Of a stretch of 64,000 bases of DNA, positions 11,601 through 20,541 are shown piece after piece (position 1 is the first letter of the stretch; each line of letters opens with the position of its first letter). This DNA comes from a virus (taxonomy: Duplodnaviria; Caudoviricetes): positions 160,001-224,000 of IMG/VR virus record IMGVR_UViG_3300014697_000001; one strand, given 5' to 3'. The position numbers and the translations under genes were made by a program. The notes below the pieces were generated by a model that ran no database searches, was not told where the DNA came from, and worked only from the letters and a program-made list of their open reading frames with translations.

Positions 11601-12999
11601 CAAGCAAAAGGAGATCATCACGTACGGGGGTCGCGGTGGACGGAGCAGCCGCTCGATGACCGCAGAATCTCGCCTGTACAAGGAAAGTGATATTGGCTTC
11701 ATCTCTGGCGATACAGTGGACTCGGGGGACGTGGCGGTCATCACCTACATGTCACCGAATGCCAACATCACCAGCATTCGCGGTACCGTTCGCAAGTACG
11801 ACAAGGAAAAGGATGGTTCGGCTAACCTGCTGTCGACATCGGCTTTGATCTCACCGTTCTCTGACCGAGATGACCCGAAACGCGTCAACTTCATCGGCAT
11901 CCAACAGTCTCACGTAATCGCTGCACAGGGTTACCGTGAGTCACCTATCAGCACCGGTTACGATCACATTCTGGCCCATCGGGTCGATGAGATCTTCGCC
12001 GTGCCTGCCTCTAAAGCAGGTGAAGTGGTTGAGCAGAGTGACGAGCATCTGGTGGTGGCGTATGAGGACGGGACGTTTGAACACGTTGATCTGACCACGC
12101 AGTATGGCATCTCGGCCGGTTCGGTCTATCCACAGCGACAGGCTACAACCCTGAAGCTGGGCGACAAGATCGAGAAGGGCGACATCCTCAAGTACAACGC
12201 CGGGTTCTTCAAGCCCAGCCGGTTCCATCCCAAGCAGGTGCAGTGGATGGCAGGGGTGATTGCCCGGACAGCTTTGATGGAAGCGTCCTATACGCTCGAG
12301 GACTCCTCGGCCATTGATGATTGGTTGGCTGAGCAACTGGGATCGGAAGTCACCAAGGTCAAGACCATTGTTGTTCGGTTTGACCAGACAATCCGTAACT
12401 TGGTCAAGGAAGGCGACCACACGGACATCGCAACTATCCTATGTACGATCGAAGACGCTGTAACAGCCGAATCCGGCTTGTTCTCAGACGACGATCTGGA
12501 TACCTTGCGCCTGATGTCATCGGCAACACCTTCGGCAGGCGCTGTAGGTGAAGTCTCGAAGATCGAAGTCTTCTACCATGGTGACCCGGACGACATGTCG
12601 GATTCGCTTTTGGAGTTGGCGTTGGCTCACGACAAGCGTCGCCGTAAGGTGGCCAAGCGGCTGGGTAAACCGGCAGCCAGTGGGCAAGTGGATCAGTCAT
12701 TGCGTATTGATGGCAACGGTCTCGAACTCGATCACATGGCAATCAAGGTGTACATCACGCACCGTGAAGGAATGTCGGTAGGGGACAAGTTGGTATTTGC
12801 CTCCCAGATGAAGAGTGTTGTCGGTCACCGGTTGTCGGGGATCAATGAGACCGAATCGGGGCGGACAGTCAACGCAGTCTTCGGCGCCAAGTCGGTCATG
12901 GACCGGATTGTATTGTCCGCACTGTTGTCTGGCATGACCATCTCGGTCTTGACAGCGATTGGTGAAAACGCTGCCGCGATGTGGATGGACGGTAAATAA
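8608..12999 (+). CDS. Virion RNA polymerase beta subunit, N-terminal part (phiKZ gp178-like)
   Basis: ATG at 8608 with AGGAG RBS. Beta motifs GVYISNGQRY, LISPFSDRDDPKRV, EDSSAI, VGDKL and QMKSVVG; about 1463 aa. Confidence 0.92.
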   Translation: MAVMFIYERYEKLFGIRRLGGLENPKVRPISRFALPRGTVYHYMPVTETELGPANDDPAIKAAQRLVFIDHVSDLLVKDGNPRPTYKLIGPMIQQYRREHMFIRPMRDYIGSTKELTNMVVVNYAMIGHMYKYQRSALSRWWYWKNIRSTQWERINQLKTPHERHHLVVVDVPQSLPALSDLRKAERNMTPMLMKVFNSRERLDLLDLWMWLGEHRAKAPMAKLDESRLHEIELLIRRETGFLTINLGLLNSWRKADAGVSMESLTIGEPDPEFDFEETFDRYVSMENNGDMTLDEDMQVSMEAAAGIDPKILQLRFLKMLTRVVAQTSTVQAEVDPDLLNESPEAGEVDPEEAAQAKEEADEEARLLEESTNPELTIEEAEEELSEELDEPATDNTDTVLTDEDGELVIEADQDKRESVGQVVGTSNIAHTLTSSIQAKLDELVDKDLYTAAQYRRMQRMAESYKTMPDPWNTGKTVEESLVITDEDQILSAADNYPKTDAVRDESMLQSTVEQMDSQYIERVMNKDILNAVMSVQKAGVAVTGYKVEVVQDAVSHYEIHKIQLTPVTGKPSTISFRVPVVDKRGVYISNGQRYRMRTQKADVPIRKVNPTRVALTSYYSKLFVERSQRSVFNYDAWIGKQIVAKGLDQTDNDINNVKVADVADFGLDLPTIYTIIGSRVMSFESNGQYWFDYKNRHRSRVLDMVQVEALENKHPGMVVCGKRDNGYVLVDRDNAFYLVKGNEQVEELGHVEELFNLNREKAPVGMAEISIFGKTMPVGIALAYLVGFDRLLELTKASFRTVPVGTRLQMGPDEYALKFLDETVVLDKTDDKVSMIFAGFVHYHKQIKSFSRHSFNAKDVYFTVLDANGIGLRYLRELDLMNAMWVDPITKGVLEWMKEPTEYVPLLLRAVELLINRYVPTVVEGAEGLIDGLERAKGYERIPGAVYGELVRSIRVYNSRSASSNSQVTMKPHEVWTNIVQDPASALVDDINPIQNLKQKEIITYGGRGGRSSRSMTAESRLYKESDIGFISGDTVDSGDVAVITYMSPNANITSIRGTVRKYDKEKDGSANLLSTSALISPFSDRDDPKRVNFIGIQQSHVIAAQGYRESPISTGYDHILAHRVDEIFAVPASKAGEVVEQSDEHLVVAYEDGTFEHVDLTTQYGISAGSVYPQRQATTLKLGDKIEKGDILKYNAGFFKPSRFHPKQVQWMAGVIARTALMEASYTLEDSSAIDDWLAEQLGSEVTKVKTIVVRFDQTIRNLVKEGDHTDIATILCTIEDAVTAESGLFSDDDLDTLRLMSSATPSAGAVGEVSKIEVFYHGDPDDMSDSLLELALAHDKRRRKVAKRLGKPAASGQVDQSLRIDGNGLELDHMAIKVYITHREGMSVGDKLVFASQMKSVVGHRLSGINETESGRTVNAVFGAKSVMDRIVLSALLSGMTISVLTAIGENAAAMWMDGK

Positions 13000-13009
13000 C
13001 GTGATCGAA

Positions 13010-13045
13010 GGCCAGAGATCTTCAAGGGTCTCTGGCCCTCCTTTT
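13010..13045 (+). terminator. Hairpin/terminator after the vRNAP beta gene
   Basis: GGCCAGAGA...TCTCTGGCC followed by CTCCTTTT. Confidence 0.5.
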
Positions 13046-13073
13046 ACAGCTTCACAAAACAGGGTTTTCTCTC

Positions 13074-13268
13074 ATGAGCACCAATACTACTTTTGACAAC
13101 CTGTCGGTGTTGGCGAACGCCGTCGACATCGGCGTCGAGATCATCGGAAACGTCTCCGGCAACATGATCTCCAACCGTCTGGAAGGTACCACGCTGAACG
13201 ATCGCACGATCGCAGCTATCCTGGCTGCCGAACTGAACAATGTAATCGAGGGTCGTGAACATGCTTAA
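13074..13268 (+). CDS. Small hypothetical protein, probably virion-associated
   Basis: 64-aa ORF with coding-like codon use, overlapping the start of the next gene. Confidence 0.6.
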   Translation: MSTNTTFDNLSVLANAVDIGVEIIGNVSGNMISNRLEGTTLNDRTIAAILAAELNNVIEGREHA

Positions 13269-14610
13269 CCGTATCGCCATCGAAGCAGCCCTGCCAGTGG
13301 CTCAGCGTTTGGCTGAGCGTAAGCTGCGCGTGCTGCCGAGCGAAGGTAGCCCTTTGCTCAGCCTGACCATGACCACTGAAACCGCCATGGTGGAAAACGC
13401 CCTGGCCCTGAACAGTGATGTCACCGCTGTACTGCAAGAGCGTTCCAACAACGACCTTCATCGCCTGGCCAAAGCCGACATCATCAAACTGGCTTCGCTG
13501 TCCATCTCCCGTCTGCATGACATGACGCGCAACGTCATTCTGCCGCACATCAAGGACGTGGTTCCGCGTGTTCAGGCCTACGTCAGTGCCCGTCGGGTCG
13601 AGGCCTCCCTCCCTTACACCGTGGAGATGCGTGAAATCCCTGCCGTGTACAGCAACCCTGTTCTGAAGCAGCTGTATGAGCGCTACCCGACTGCCAGTCA
13701 GTTGGATACTCCCGCTCGCAACCTGTGCCCGGTCGAACTGGACCGAATCAAGGACCTCTGCAAAACCGGTATGGCAGGCTTCGACGAAGAACTGGCCCTG
13801 ATTCTGGGGCTGGGCAACGACGAAGGCTATGCCGAAGTTCAGCAAGTGCTGTCGGGTCGCAAAGGTGTACAGGCACTCCACGTCGATCACCTTCCTGGTG
13901 TTCTGGTGGCCGCTCAAGCCATCTACGGTGAACCCGAGCCGGGTGTTAACCTGACACTGGTCGAGTACAACGATCTGGTCAACCGCCTGCTGGCCAAAAC
14001 TGCCCAGTTGATTCGCGGTGCCCAGTTGCGTTACGAAGCAGCCGACAAGGCTGGCACCCTCTATGCCACAGGTCGGGATTCGCTGACCACTGTTGCAGTG
14101 ATGGGTCGCGTCTACCGCCAGATGTTGGACCAGGGTCTTACCCCGGAGGCACTGATCGGTAACGAGATGGCCGGCCGTCGGTTCAGTCAGGGTCAGCTGA
14201 TCGAGAACAAGACCGCTCTGGAACAGATCTACACCCGTGAGATGAACCTGCGCAGCCTCAAGGTACAGTCTGAAATGACCGGCATTGTGCGCGATGGCGT
14301 GCGCCAGATCGTCAATGGTGAAATCGTTGAGAAAGACCTCGGCGAGGACATGGCCGATGCGCAACGTAAGCTGGTCGAACTGTGCAGCAAGATTCACGAG
14401 AAGTGCTGCGATGATCTGAATCAACTGATCACCGAAATCATCTGTGAAGTCTTCTACCCGAAGACCGATGCCCTGACCTTCATCAACCTGATGAATCGTG
14501 TTGGTGCGCAGATGGAGGCCGATGCTGACCCGCGCGAAGTGGCGCTGATGGCCACCGTGAAGTACATCAGCCACTGGCAAGCGCGCCAGCTGGGCCTGAT
14601 CCAGGCGTAA
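13261..14610 (+). CDS. Conserved head protein (phiKZ gp177 / SPN3US gp243 position)
   Basis: About 449 aa, helical, GAGG RBS; synteny between the vRNAP beta and beta-prime C genes. Confidence 0.6.
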   Translation: MLNRIAIEAALPVAQRLAERKLRVLPSEGSPLLSLTMTTETAMVENALALNSDVTAVLQERSNNDLHRLAKADIIKLASLSISRLHDMTRNVILPHIKDVVPRVQAYVSARRVEASLPYTVEMREIPAVYSNPVLKQLYERYPTASQLDTPARNLCPVELDRIKDLCKTGMAGFDEELALILGLGNDEGYAEVQQVLSGRKGVQALHVDHLPGVLVAAQAIYGEPEPGVNLTLVEYNDLVNRLLAKTAQLIRGAQLRYEAADKAGTLYATGRDSLTTVAVMGRVYRQMLDQGLTPEALIGNEMAGRRFSQGQLIENKTALEQIYTREMNLRSLKVQSEMTGIVRDGVRQIVNGEIVEKDLGEDMADAQRKLVELCSKIHEKCCDDLNQLITEIICEVFYPKTDALTFINLMNRVGAQMEADADPREVALMATVKYISHWQARQLGLIQA

Positions 14611-14663
14611 TGGCAATTGTGGTCAGTGGGGCGACCCACTGACCCTCTCAAGGATATCTCACC

Positions 14664-15395
14664 ATGAGCATTTCATCTTCCCGATACATCCGTGATGCAG
14701 CTCGGGTACACAAGGCCCTTTCTCGCACCGATGAAGGGTCGTACGTGGCATTGAAGCCACTGAAGGTCCAGATCCCAGCACGCTTTCCCCAGCGTGAACT
14801 GGCGGTCTTCGAGGAAGAGATCACCTTCCTGGGGTTTTGCGCCATCATCCTCGACGATACGTACTACATGGCTTCGAAGATCTGTGCACCCATCCGTAGT
14901 GAACCCACACTGGTGGGCAGTGCAGTCGTCGATGAGGTAGAGTACATTGAGATGCAATATGAACCAGGTGATAGGGTCATTGCCAGTGAAGATCTGGTGA
15001 TGATCGACAACCTGCTCTACCGCATTTACGATGAGTTGATTGCGAAAGGTCGTGTGCCATGGTACCTGACTTACCGCGAACTCGGTGGGATGTTTTCCAC
15101 CGCTCGTAAACACGCCGGCGTCAGGGTCGGTAAGACCCCCACGGTGATGGAGATCATCACCAGCACCATTTGCCGTGACCCGTCCGATCTGAGACGGTTC
15201 TACCGCGAATCGGTGGAAACCTATGAAGATATTGACCAGAATCCTCCGACCATCATTCCACTGCGTAACGTAAGCTATGGTGCGAATAACACCATTGCGA
15301 AGTTGGCAGGTAGTCGGTTTGATGAAGGTATGACCAGTGCGATTGTGAACCCAGGTGACCGGGTTGAGCGCACTGAACGAATTCTGCGAACTTGA
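14664..15395 (+). CDS. Virion RNA polymerase beta-prime C-terminal fragment (phiKZ gp176 / SPN3US gp244-like)
   Basis: C-terminus PLRNVSYGANNTIAKLAGSRFDEGMTSAI...ERILR resembles the end of bacterial beta-prime (GITKASL...SFISAASFQET...LTEAA...ENVI); synteny. Confidence 0.65.
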   Translation: MSISSSRYIRDAARVHKALSRTDEGSYVALKPLKVQIPARFPQRELAVFEEEITFLGFCAIILDDTYYMASKICAPIRSEPTLVGSAVVDEVEYIEMQYEPGDRVIASEDLVMIDNLLYRIYDELIAKGRVPWYLTYRELGGMFSTARKHAGVRVGKTPTVMEIITSTICRDPSDLRRFYRESVETYEDIDQNPPTIIPLRNVSYGANNTIAKLAGSRFDEGMTSAIVNPGDRVERTERILRT

Positions 15396-15408
15396 GTTGA
15401 GGTTCCTC

Positions 15409-16197
15409 ATGGAACGTATTGTTTATCAGTGTAACGTGTTGCAGGGCATCAACAAGGCAGGGGACCTTAAGAAGCTCGACAACGGCTATTATGAAGTACG
15501 TTTGGGTGCCCTTGGGGCATTCAATGCTCAGGGCTGGCTGTACAGCGAGCCAGAAGGTCGGCGCCTCATCGAGGGTTCTGGTGGCCTGATGCGCATGATC
15601 GATGCAGGTCGTCTGCGTGGCGAGTGCGGTCATCCACGGTTTCGGCCGGGTATGAGTCAGATGGAATGGTTCGGTCGTGTCAATGACATCTATGAACCTA
15701 ACGTCTGCGTCCATATCCGCCGGATTCGTCTGGAGCCGGGTGTCGATGAACGGGGCCGTGGTGTGACCATGGTGGTGGGCGAGGTCAAAGCCTCTGGTAA
15801 AGAGAGCATGTGGCTTGACCGTCAGCTGGAGAACCGGGATGAGGACGTATGCTTCTCAATCCGTTCCTTCACCGATGACAAGGTCATTGGTGGCATCAAG
15901 ACCAAGTTGCTGAAGAAGATCGTGACCTGGGATTGTGTGAACGAGCCTGGGATCGCCAAGTCTTCGAAATACGGCACCGCCTCGCTGGAAAGCCTCGCTC
16001 AGGATGCTAATGGGGATATCCCGATGGCTGAACTGGAAACTGCGTTCTACATCGACGCACTTCGCCGCGAAGCCCAAGCGATTCCGACAGGTGTAGGTGA
16101 GGGCATCGGCTTTGAAAGTCGCGCCAATATGTTCAGCCTCATCGCTGAAGTTGAACGTCCCATCCGGGCCTACGTACCCTCCAGCTGGAGATGGTAA
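15409..16197 (+). CDS. Prohead (maturation) serine protease (phiKZ gp175-like)
   Basis: Catalytic motifs GECGHP (His), FSIRSFT (Ser) and TWDCVNEPG (Asp). Candidate autocleavage sites ASLE and GFE. GAGG RBS before ATG 15409. Confidence 0.9.
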   Translation: MERIVYQCNVLQGINKAGDLKKLDNGYYEVRLGALGAFNAQGWLYSEPEGRRLIEGSGGLMRMIDAGRLRGECGHPRFRPGMSQMEWFGRVNDIYEPNVCVHIRRIRLEPGVDERGRGVTMVVGEVKASGKESMWLDRQLENRDEDVCFSIRSFTDDKVIGGIKTKLLKKIVTWDCVNEPGIAKSSKYGTASLESLAQDANGDIPMAELETAFYIDALRREAQAIPTGVGEGIGFESRANMFSLIAEVERPIRAYVPSSWRW

Positions 16198-17520
16198 ATG
16201 AACGACACATTCCACAATGCCTTGGTGGATGCGTCTGAGCGGGTAGAGGCAGAAGCGACTCTGGCACCGGCGCTTGCTACGCTCTCTGAGCTGGCAGACA
16301 TCGATGCCAGTCGCATCACCCTAGAGAGCTGCATTGAGCAGCTCACTATGGCTGACGGCTCAATTGTCGATGTCCTGGAAGCTGAGCAGACCTACCTGGA
16401 ATGGCGGGCGTCCCACTCCGACCTCTTGTCTGGACAGAGTCGTGCCCAGACCGGTGAGGCACTGATTGATGAGATTCGTGACGCCGTGGCGGTGCTAAAT
16501 AACCCTGCCATGGAATCGAACCTGATCCAGAACCTCAAGCGCAGTTTCCACGCCATGAGCACGTCCCTTCGGACCTTTGGCAAGAACCTGGTCGACATCA
16601 AGACAAAGCTTAACGTCAACCGCTCAAACATCGCAGAAAACCCTGTCATGCTCAGTTCTGCCAGTACTTACTCCTTCTTGACTCGGGATAACAAACCGGT
16701 CAACAAGATGAGCTCCAGTATTGACCAGGACCTTAAATTCATTGAAGCGTGCGAGTCCAAGTACCAGATGCTCTTTGAGCGTTCCACGGACATGGGTAAG
16801 AAGTTTCGTGAAGCGGCTAACAGCGATTCCAACGAAGTTATTCGTGAGGCCATCGATTTCTTCGATGAGAACATCCTCGACCGCACCGAGTTCAATGACC
16901 TGACCCGTTTCAAGTTGCTGGGCAATCGTACGGTGGCCATGGATAAGCGAGGTTACCCTCAGTTCAAGAAGTCGCCGATACCGTGGTCGTTTACCTCCAA
17001 GGATGACGACGAACACAACCTTCCGACCATGCTGGCCAAAAAGAAGATCCACGGATTTTCCATTGGCGGGCCGATCACCACTGTGAAGGGTGTGGTAGGT
17101 CTGAATTCCGTTGTGGCCAAGAAAAAAGTAGCCGAACAGATCAAGGCTTCAGGTGGTGAAACCGAAGTCAGTGATTTCGTCAAGGTAATTGACAAAACGC
17201 TGGCGCTGAACACCCGAGCTGTCAAGTTCGCTCAAATGGCGGCTGCCATGAGTGAAAAAGTCCAGCGGCTTTCTAGCGACATGGACGATGCGTACAATCA
17301 TGTGAACACAGAGAAAACCCAGCAGGAAAACGTAACTCGCCTTCGTGAGCTGCGTGCCCTGCATCGTGCGGCTCGCCGCAGCGTGTCTCAGTACATGTTT
17401 CTGGGGAAAGCCATCGCCACCATGATGGAAGACCATTCCAATTACGTGTACCGCAACGTCACACTCATTGCCCATGATGTGTTGAAACAAACCTCCAAAC
17501 CTCGCAAGGAAACGAAGTAA
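16198..17520 (+). CDS. Internal head protein with cleavable acidic propeptide
   Basis: 440 aa with an acidic N-terminus containing PAMES (A-x-E site); follows the protease gene. Confidence 0.65.
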   Translation: MNDTFHNALVDASERVEAEATLAPALATLSELADIDASRITLESCIEQLTMADGSIVDVLEAEQTYLEWRASHSDLLSGQSRAQTGEALIDEIRDAVAVLNNPAMESNLIQNLKRSFHAMSTSLRTFGKNLVDIKTKLNVNRSNIAENPVMLSSASTYSFLTRDNKPVNKMSSSIDQDLKFIEACESKYQMLFERSTDMGKKFREAANSDSNEVIREAIDFFDENILDRTEFNDLTRFKLLGNRTVAMDKRGYPQFKKSPIPWSFTSKDDDEHNLPTMLAKKKIHGFSIGGPITTVKGVVGLNSVVAKKKVAEQIKASGGETEVSDFVKVIDKTLALNTRAVKFAQMAAAMSEKVQRLSSDMDDAYNHVNTEKTQQENVTRLRELRALHRAARRSVSQYMFLGKAIATMMEDHSNYVYRNVTLIAHDVLKQTSKPRKETK

Positions 17521-18758
17521 TGAAAAACAGTATTCTGTCTCAGGCACTCAAGGTGTCCCTCGAAGACCTCGAAGTCACTGAAGGCACCACGGAGCTGCTG
17601 GAAGAGCACCAAGCGGCCGCAGGCGATCTGACTCCTGAAGTCTACGTCGACGAGCGCATCGAAATGGAACAGGACGTTGATGTCCTGGAAGAAGCCGCTG
17701 CCCAGATCGAGAACAACGAGACCGTTAGCCACGAGCAACTGGACCAGGTAGCACATCTGGCCAATGCTGTCATGGGTCGCTATGGCGTCAGCTTCGAAGG
17801 CACCGGCCTCGAGTCTTCGGAAGAGCCTGCTGCACGCGCCAGCCAACTGGTCGCCCAGATCCGTGATGTCAACGCATCGCTGGAATCGAGCATGAACGTG
17901 GCGATGGAATCCTTCGCCCTGCGCGACATGTGGGATAGCGTTGGCATGATCAACCGCGAAATGACCGGTCTGCGCGATGCCATCTCCGTACTGAAGAACT
18001 ACGACGGCCAGACCAAGATCCGTCTGGGCTTCATGTACCGTGCCTTCACCGTTGACGGCGAGATCGCTGAAAACCTGTCGAGCGCGGCCGGTGACACCGC
18101 CAAGATCGTCGACGATCTGGTCAAGATGGGCAGCGAAGCAATCGATGCCGCCAAGAAGGCTGCTGCTATTGCCAGTGCCGTGAACTGGAAGGACGAGGAA
18201 GCTGCTCGTGCTGGCATGAGCAAGATTGCCGCCCTGCGCAACCCCACCAAGGACATCCTGCGCACATTCCGCCAAGTGTTCACCATGTCCAACCGCAAGA
18301 TCACCAGTAATGAATTCACCATCAAGAAAGGTGAGCTGCTGAAAGAGTGGAGCAAGGGTGGCACCATCAAGGTCAGCGGCTCGCGCATGACCACCTTCGA
18401 GAAGGTCGATTTCTGGCTGCTGACGGGCGGTAAGCTCAGCGTCCTGATCAACGGTACTGCCAAGCGCAAGATCGACGTGAAGGCACTGGTACAGGGTCTG
18501 GAGAAGTTCCAGGCTGCTGCTGCCAAGACTCAGGCCATCCGGAACGCTGCGCCGAAGAAATGGCGTGAGCACGAGAAGCTCGTCAAGGACCTCAAGGCTG
18601 AAGTCACCGGTTCTTCCGAAGCCAAGGTCACTCGCCGCGCCATCAGCGAACTCGATCGTCTGGGCTGGCAGTGCCTGAACGGCGCGTTCACCATCATTGC
18701 TGGTGTGATCCGTGAGGTCAACTCCATCAACGGTAAAGTCGCCGACAAGATGCGCTAA
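17520..18758 (+). CDS. Internal head/inner-body-type protein (phiKZ gp93/95-like family)
   Basis: Acidic propeptide with repeated S/A/G-x-E sites (VSLE, VSHE, VSFE, TGLE, ASLE, VAME) and a basic mature domain; strong codon bias. Confidence 0.75.
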   Translation: MKNSILSQALKVSLEDLEVTEGTTELLEEHQAAAGDLTPEVYVDERIEMEQDVDVLEEAAAQIENNETVSHEQLDQVAHLANAVMGRYGVSFEGTGLESSEEPAARASQLVAQIRDVNASLESSMNVAMESFALRDMWDSVGMINREMTGLRDAISVLKNYDGQTKIRLGFMYRAFTVDGEIAENLSSAAGDTAKIVDDLVKMGSEAIDAAKKAAAIASAVNWKDEEAARAGMSKIAALRNPTKDILRTFRQVFTMSNRKITSNEFTIKKGELLKEWSKGGTIKVSGSRMTTFEKVDFWLLTGGKLSVLINGTAKRKIDVKALVQGLEKFQAAAAKTQAIRNAAPKKWREHEKLVKDLKAEVTGSSEAKVTRRAISELDRLGWQCLNGAFTIIAGVIREVNSINGKVADKMR

Positions 18759-18772
18759 GTGTCCAAACATAC

Positions 18773-18804
18773 GGGGAGGGCTTCGGCCCTCCCTTTATGC
18801 CGCC
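18773..18804 (+). terminator. Hairpin + TATGCC terminator of the head operon
   Basis: GGGAGGGC-TTCG-GCCCTCCC-TTTATGCCGCC. Confidence 0.75.
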
Positions 18805-18820
18805 TGTCTGGTTTATTCGA

Positions 18821-18854
18821 TTCCAATTTTTTTCAACGATACATGATAGCAGTG
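18821..18854 (+). promoter_or_regulatory. Putative phage early (vRNAP) promoter
   Basis: TTCCA-N14-TACATGAT-N5-TG; one of 8 exactly spaced copies. Confidence 0.7.
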
Positions 18855-18900
18855 ACAAGAGGAACTAATCCTCACTTACCAGTCCTTAGGAGGACACATA

Positions 18901-19182
18901 ATGCAACATGACATTGTTGAACTTCTGGATGCCATCAAATACGCCAAAGAGAACTTTGGTGACGATGAGTCTTCCAACCTGTTCTTCACCCGTAAGGAGA
19001 AAACCGACGCGTTCGGTTTTCCTTACCGCGAAGATAAGGTTAAGTTCGAGTGCGTCCTTATTCTCGCTACGGTCACTGGGACCAAGATCGAGATCAAGGT
19101 TATCGGGCTGGGTGACGACGTCCAGTTCCAGCGGGAATTCATCGCTGAGACTATCGCCACCCATCGGAAAGAGAGTGTCTAG
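18901..19182 (+). CDS. Early hypothetical protein
   Basis: 93 aa, AGGAGG RBS. Confidence 0.8.
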   Translation: MQHDIVELLDAIKYAKENFGDDESSNLFFTRKEKTDAFGFPYREDKVKFECVLILATVTGTKIEIKVIGLGDDVQFQREFIAETIATHRKESV

Positions 19183-19236
19183 CACACTCTCTCCAACCCC
19201 TTTACAAGTCACCGTTTCTAATTGAAGGACCCTATC

Positions 19237-19371
19237 ATGAAAGAATTTATGCTGATCGTCGTAGGCTTCACTGCAGGCTATTTGGCCAAAGCCAAGTTCG
19301 AGGAAACCAAGCGTCTCAAAGAAGAGAACGCCATCCTCAAAGCCCGTAACGAATCGAAGGAGAACAAATAA
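19237..19371 (+). CDS. 44-aa single-pass membrane protein
   Basis: MKEFMLIVVGFTAGYLAKAKFEETKRLKEENAILKARNESKENK; AAGGA RBS; below the ORF-track cutoff. Confidence 0.7.
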   Translation: MKEFMLIVVGFTAGYLAKAKFEETKRLKEENAILKARNESKENK

Positions 19372-19505
19372 TGGAAGGCTTCAATCCCCTGATCGATGCA
19401 GCAGTAGTGGGCGGCTTCATGGTTGTCCTGCTGGTGATGTCCTACGTTGGTCACCGTTATGACCAACACAAGAAAAGTAAACTGCGCGGCGCAACCCGCG
19501 TATAA
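19371..19505 (+). CDS. 44-aa single-pass membrane protein
   Basis: MEGFNPLIDAAVVGGFMVVLLVMSYVGHRYDQHKKSKLRGATRV; AAGGAG RBS; TAATG coupling to the previous ORF. Confidence 0.7.
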   Translation: MEGFNPLIDAAVVGGFMVVLLVMSYVGHRYDQHKKSKLRGATRV

Positions 19506-19544
19506 CCCGCTCCATCCAAACCAAAACCTGTAAGGAGTTACACC

Positions 19545-19796
19545 ATGGCAATTGCAGAAACCATCAAAGCTCTCGGCACCGTCGTTGTTGAAGCTGTCAA
19601 AGAACATCCGGCGGTTGTCTGCGGCGTCGCCGCAGTTGCAGTAGTCGGCACCGGTGGGACCATCTGGTACCGTAAGCGCAAGCAGACCAAGGCGATGGGT
19701 CAGATCATCATCACCCCGGAAGTCGCTGCCGTGGCTGCTGCCGCCGTAGCAAACGCCGCTGCAACCGCTGAGTCCGTCACGGCTGAGGCCAAGTAA
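19545..19796 (+). CDS. 83-aa single-pass membrane protein
   Basis: TAAGGAG RBS; hydrophobic AVVCGVAAVAVVGTGGTIWY followed by RKRK. Confidence 0.8.
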   Translation: MAIAETIKALGTVVVEAVKEHPAVVCGVAAVAVVGTGGTIWYRKRKQTKAMGQIIITPEVAAVAAAAVANAAATAESVTAEAK

Positions 19797-19806
19797 GCCC
19801 CTCTGG

Positions 19807-19835
19807 AAAAAGGACCTTCGGGTCCTTTTTTCTTT
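19807..19835 (+). terminator. Intrinsic terminator
   Basis: AAAAGGACC-TTCG-GGTCCTTTTTT. Confidence 0.85.
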
Positions 19836-19851
19836 GTCGTTTAAGATTCCA

Positions 19852-19885
19852 TTGAACCTAAATATGGAAACACATTATCCACCTG
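19852..19885 (+). promoter_or_regulatory. Putative early promoter
   Basis: TTGAA-N14-CACATTAT-N5-TG. Confidence 0.6.
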
Positions 19886-19980
19886 CATCTAACGCTGTTC
19901 TGTAATAATTTACTGCAGCGGCTACGATTATGCAACAGCACGTGTTGACAACGAACATCTTTACATCCTAGGAGAAACAA

Positions 19981-20448
19981 ATGAGCGACGCACTGAACAA
20001 AATCAACCAGCGCATCAAAGATCTGGCTACCAAGGTTGAAGAGTCCATCTCTTTCGACGACGACGGTGCAGCGACCCTGCCGGAAACCTTCCTCGCCGAC
20101 AACCTGATCGAAAGCCTCGACCTCGACACCGTCAAGCGTGTCCATGATGAAGAAGCCAACGTCGCTGCCGGTCTGGCCCTGGGTCTGGCCAACGCCACCC
20201 TGCCGCTGATGCAGAAGAAGAAGGACCTCGAGCGCACCAGCGCCCACCTGGGCTTCGGCCACAACACCATCAAGGCGTCCATCGACCGCAAGATCATGAC
20301 CCGCGCACCTGGCTCGACTGAAGAGAAGGAAAAGTGGGGCAACGTCGCAGTCAAGCTGGAATCCGGTGCCACCGCCAAGCGCGGCGACCTGAAGCGCGTC
20401 AACCTGGGCATCGCTGAAAACTACGCCAAAACCTTCGGCGGCAAGTAA
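19981..20448 (+). CDS. Hypothetical protein, likely highly expressed
   Basis: 155 aa, AGGAG RBS, strong C-ending codon bias. Confidence 0.85.
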   Translation: MSDALNKINQRIKDLATKVEESISFDDDGAATLPETFLADNLIESLDLDTVKRVHDEEANVAAGLALGLANATLPLMQKKKDLERTSAHLGFGHNTIKASIDRKIMTRAPGSTEEKEKWGNVAVKLESGATAKRGDLKRVNLGIAENYAKTFGGK

Positions 20449-20458
20449 GCCCATCTGG

Positions 20459-20490
20459 ATCAGACCTGGTACTTCGGTACCAGGTCTGAT
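20459..20490 (+). terminator. 14-bp stem UUCG hairpin (terminator or processing site)
   Basis: ATCAGACCTGGTAC-TTCG-GTACCAGGTCTGAT followed by TATGTTCCTTCTTTC. Confidence 0.7.
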
Positions 20491-20541
20491 TATGTTCCTT
20501 CTTTCTTTCGTTCCATTCCTCCACCTAAGGATCTGATTCAC

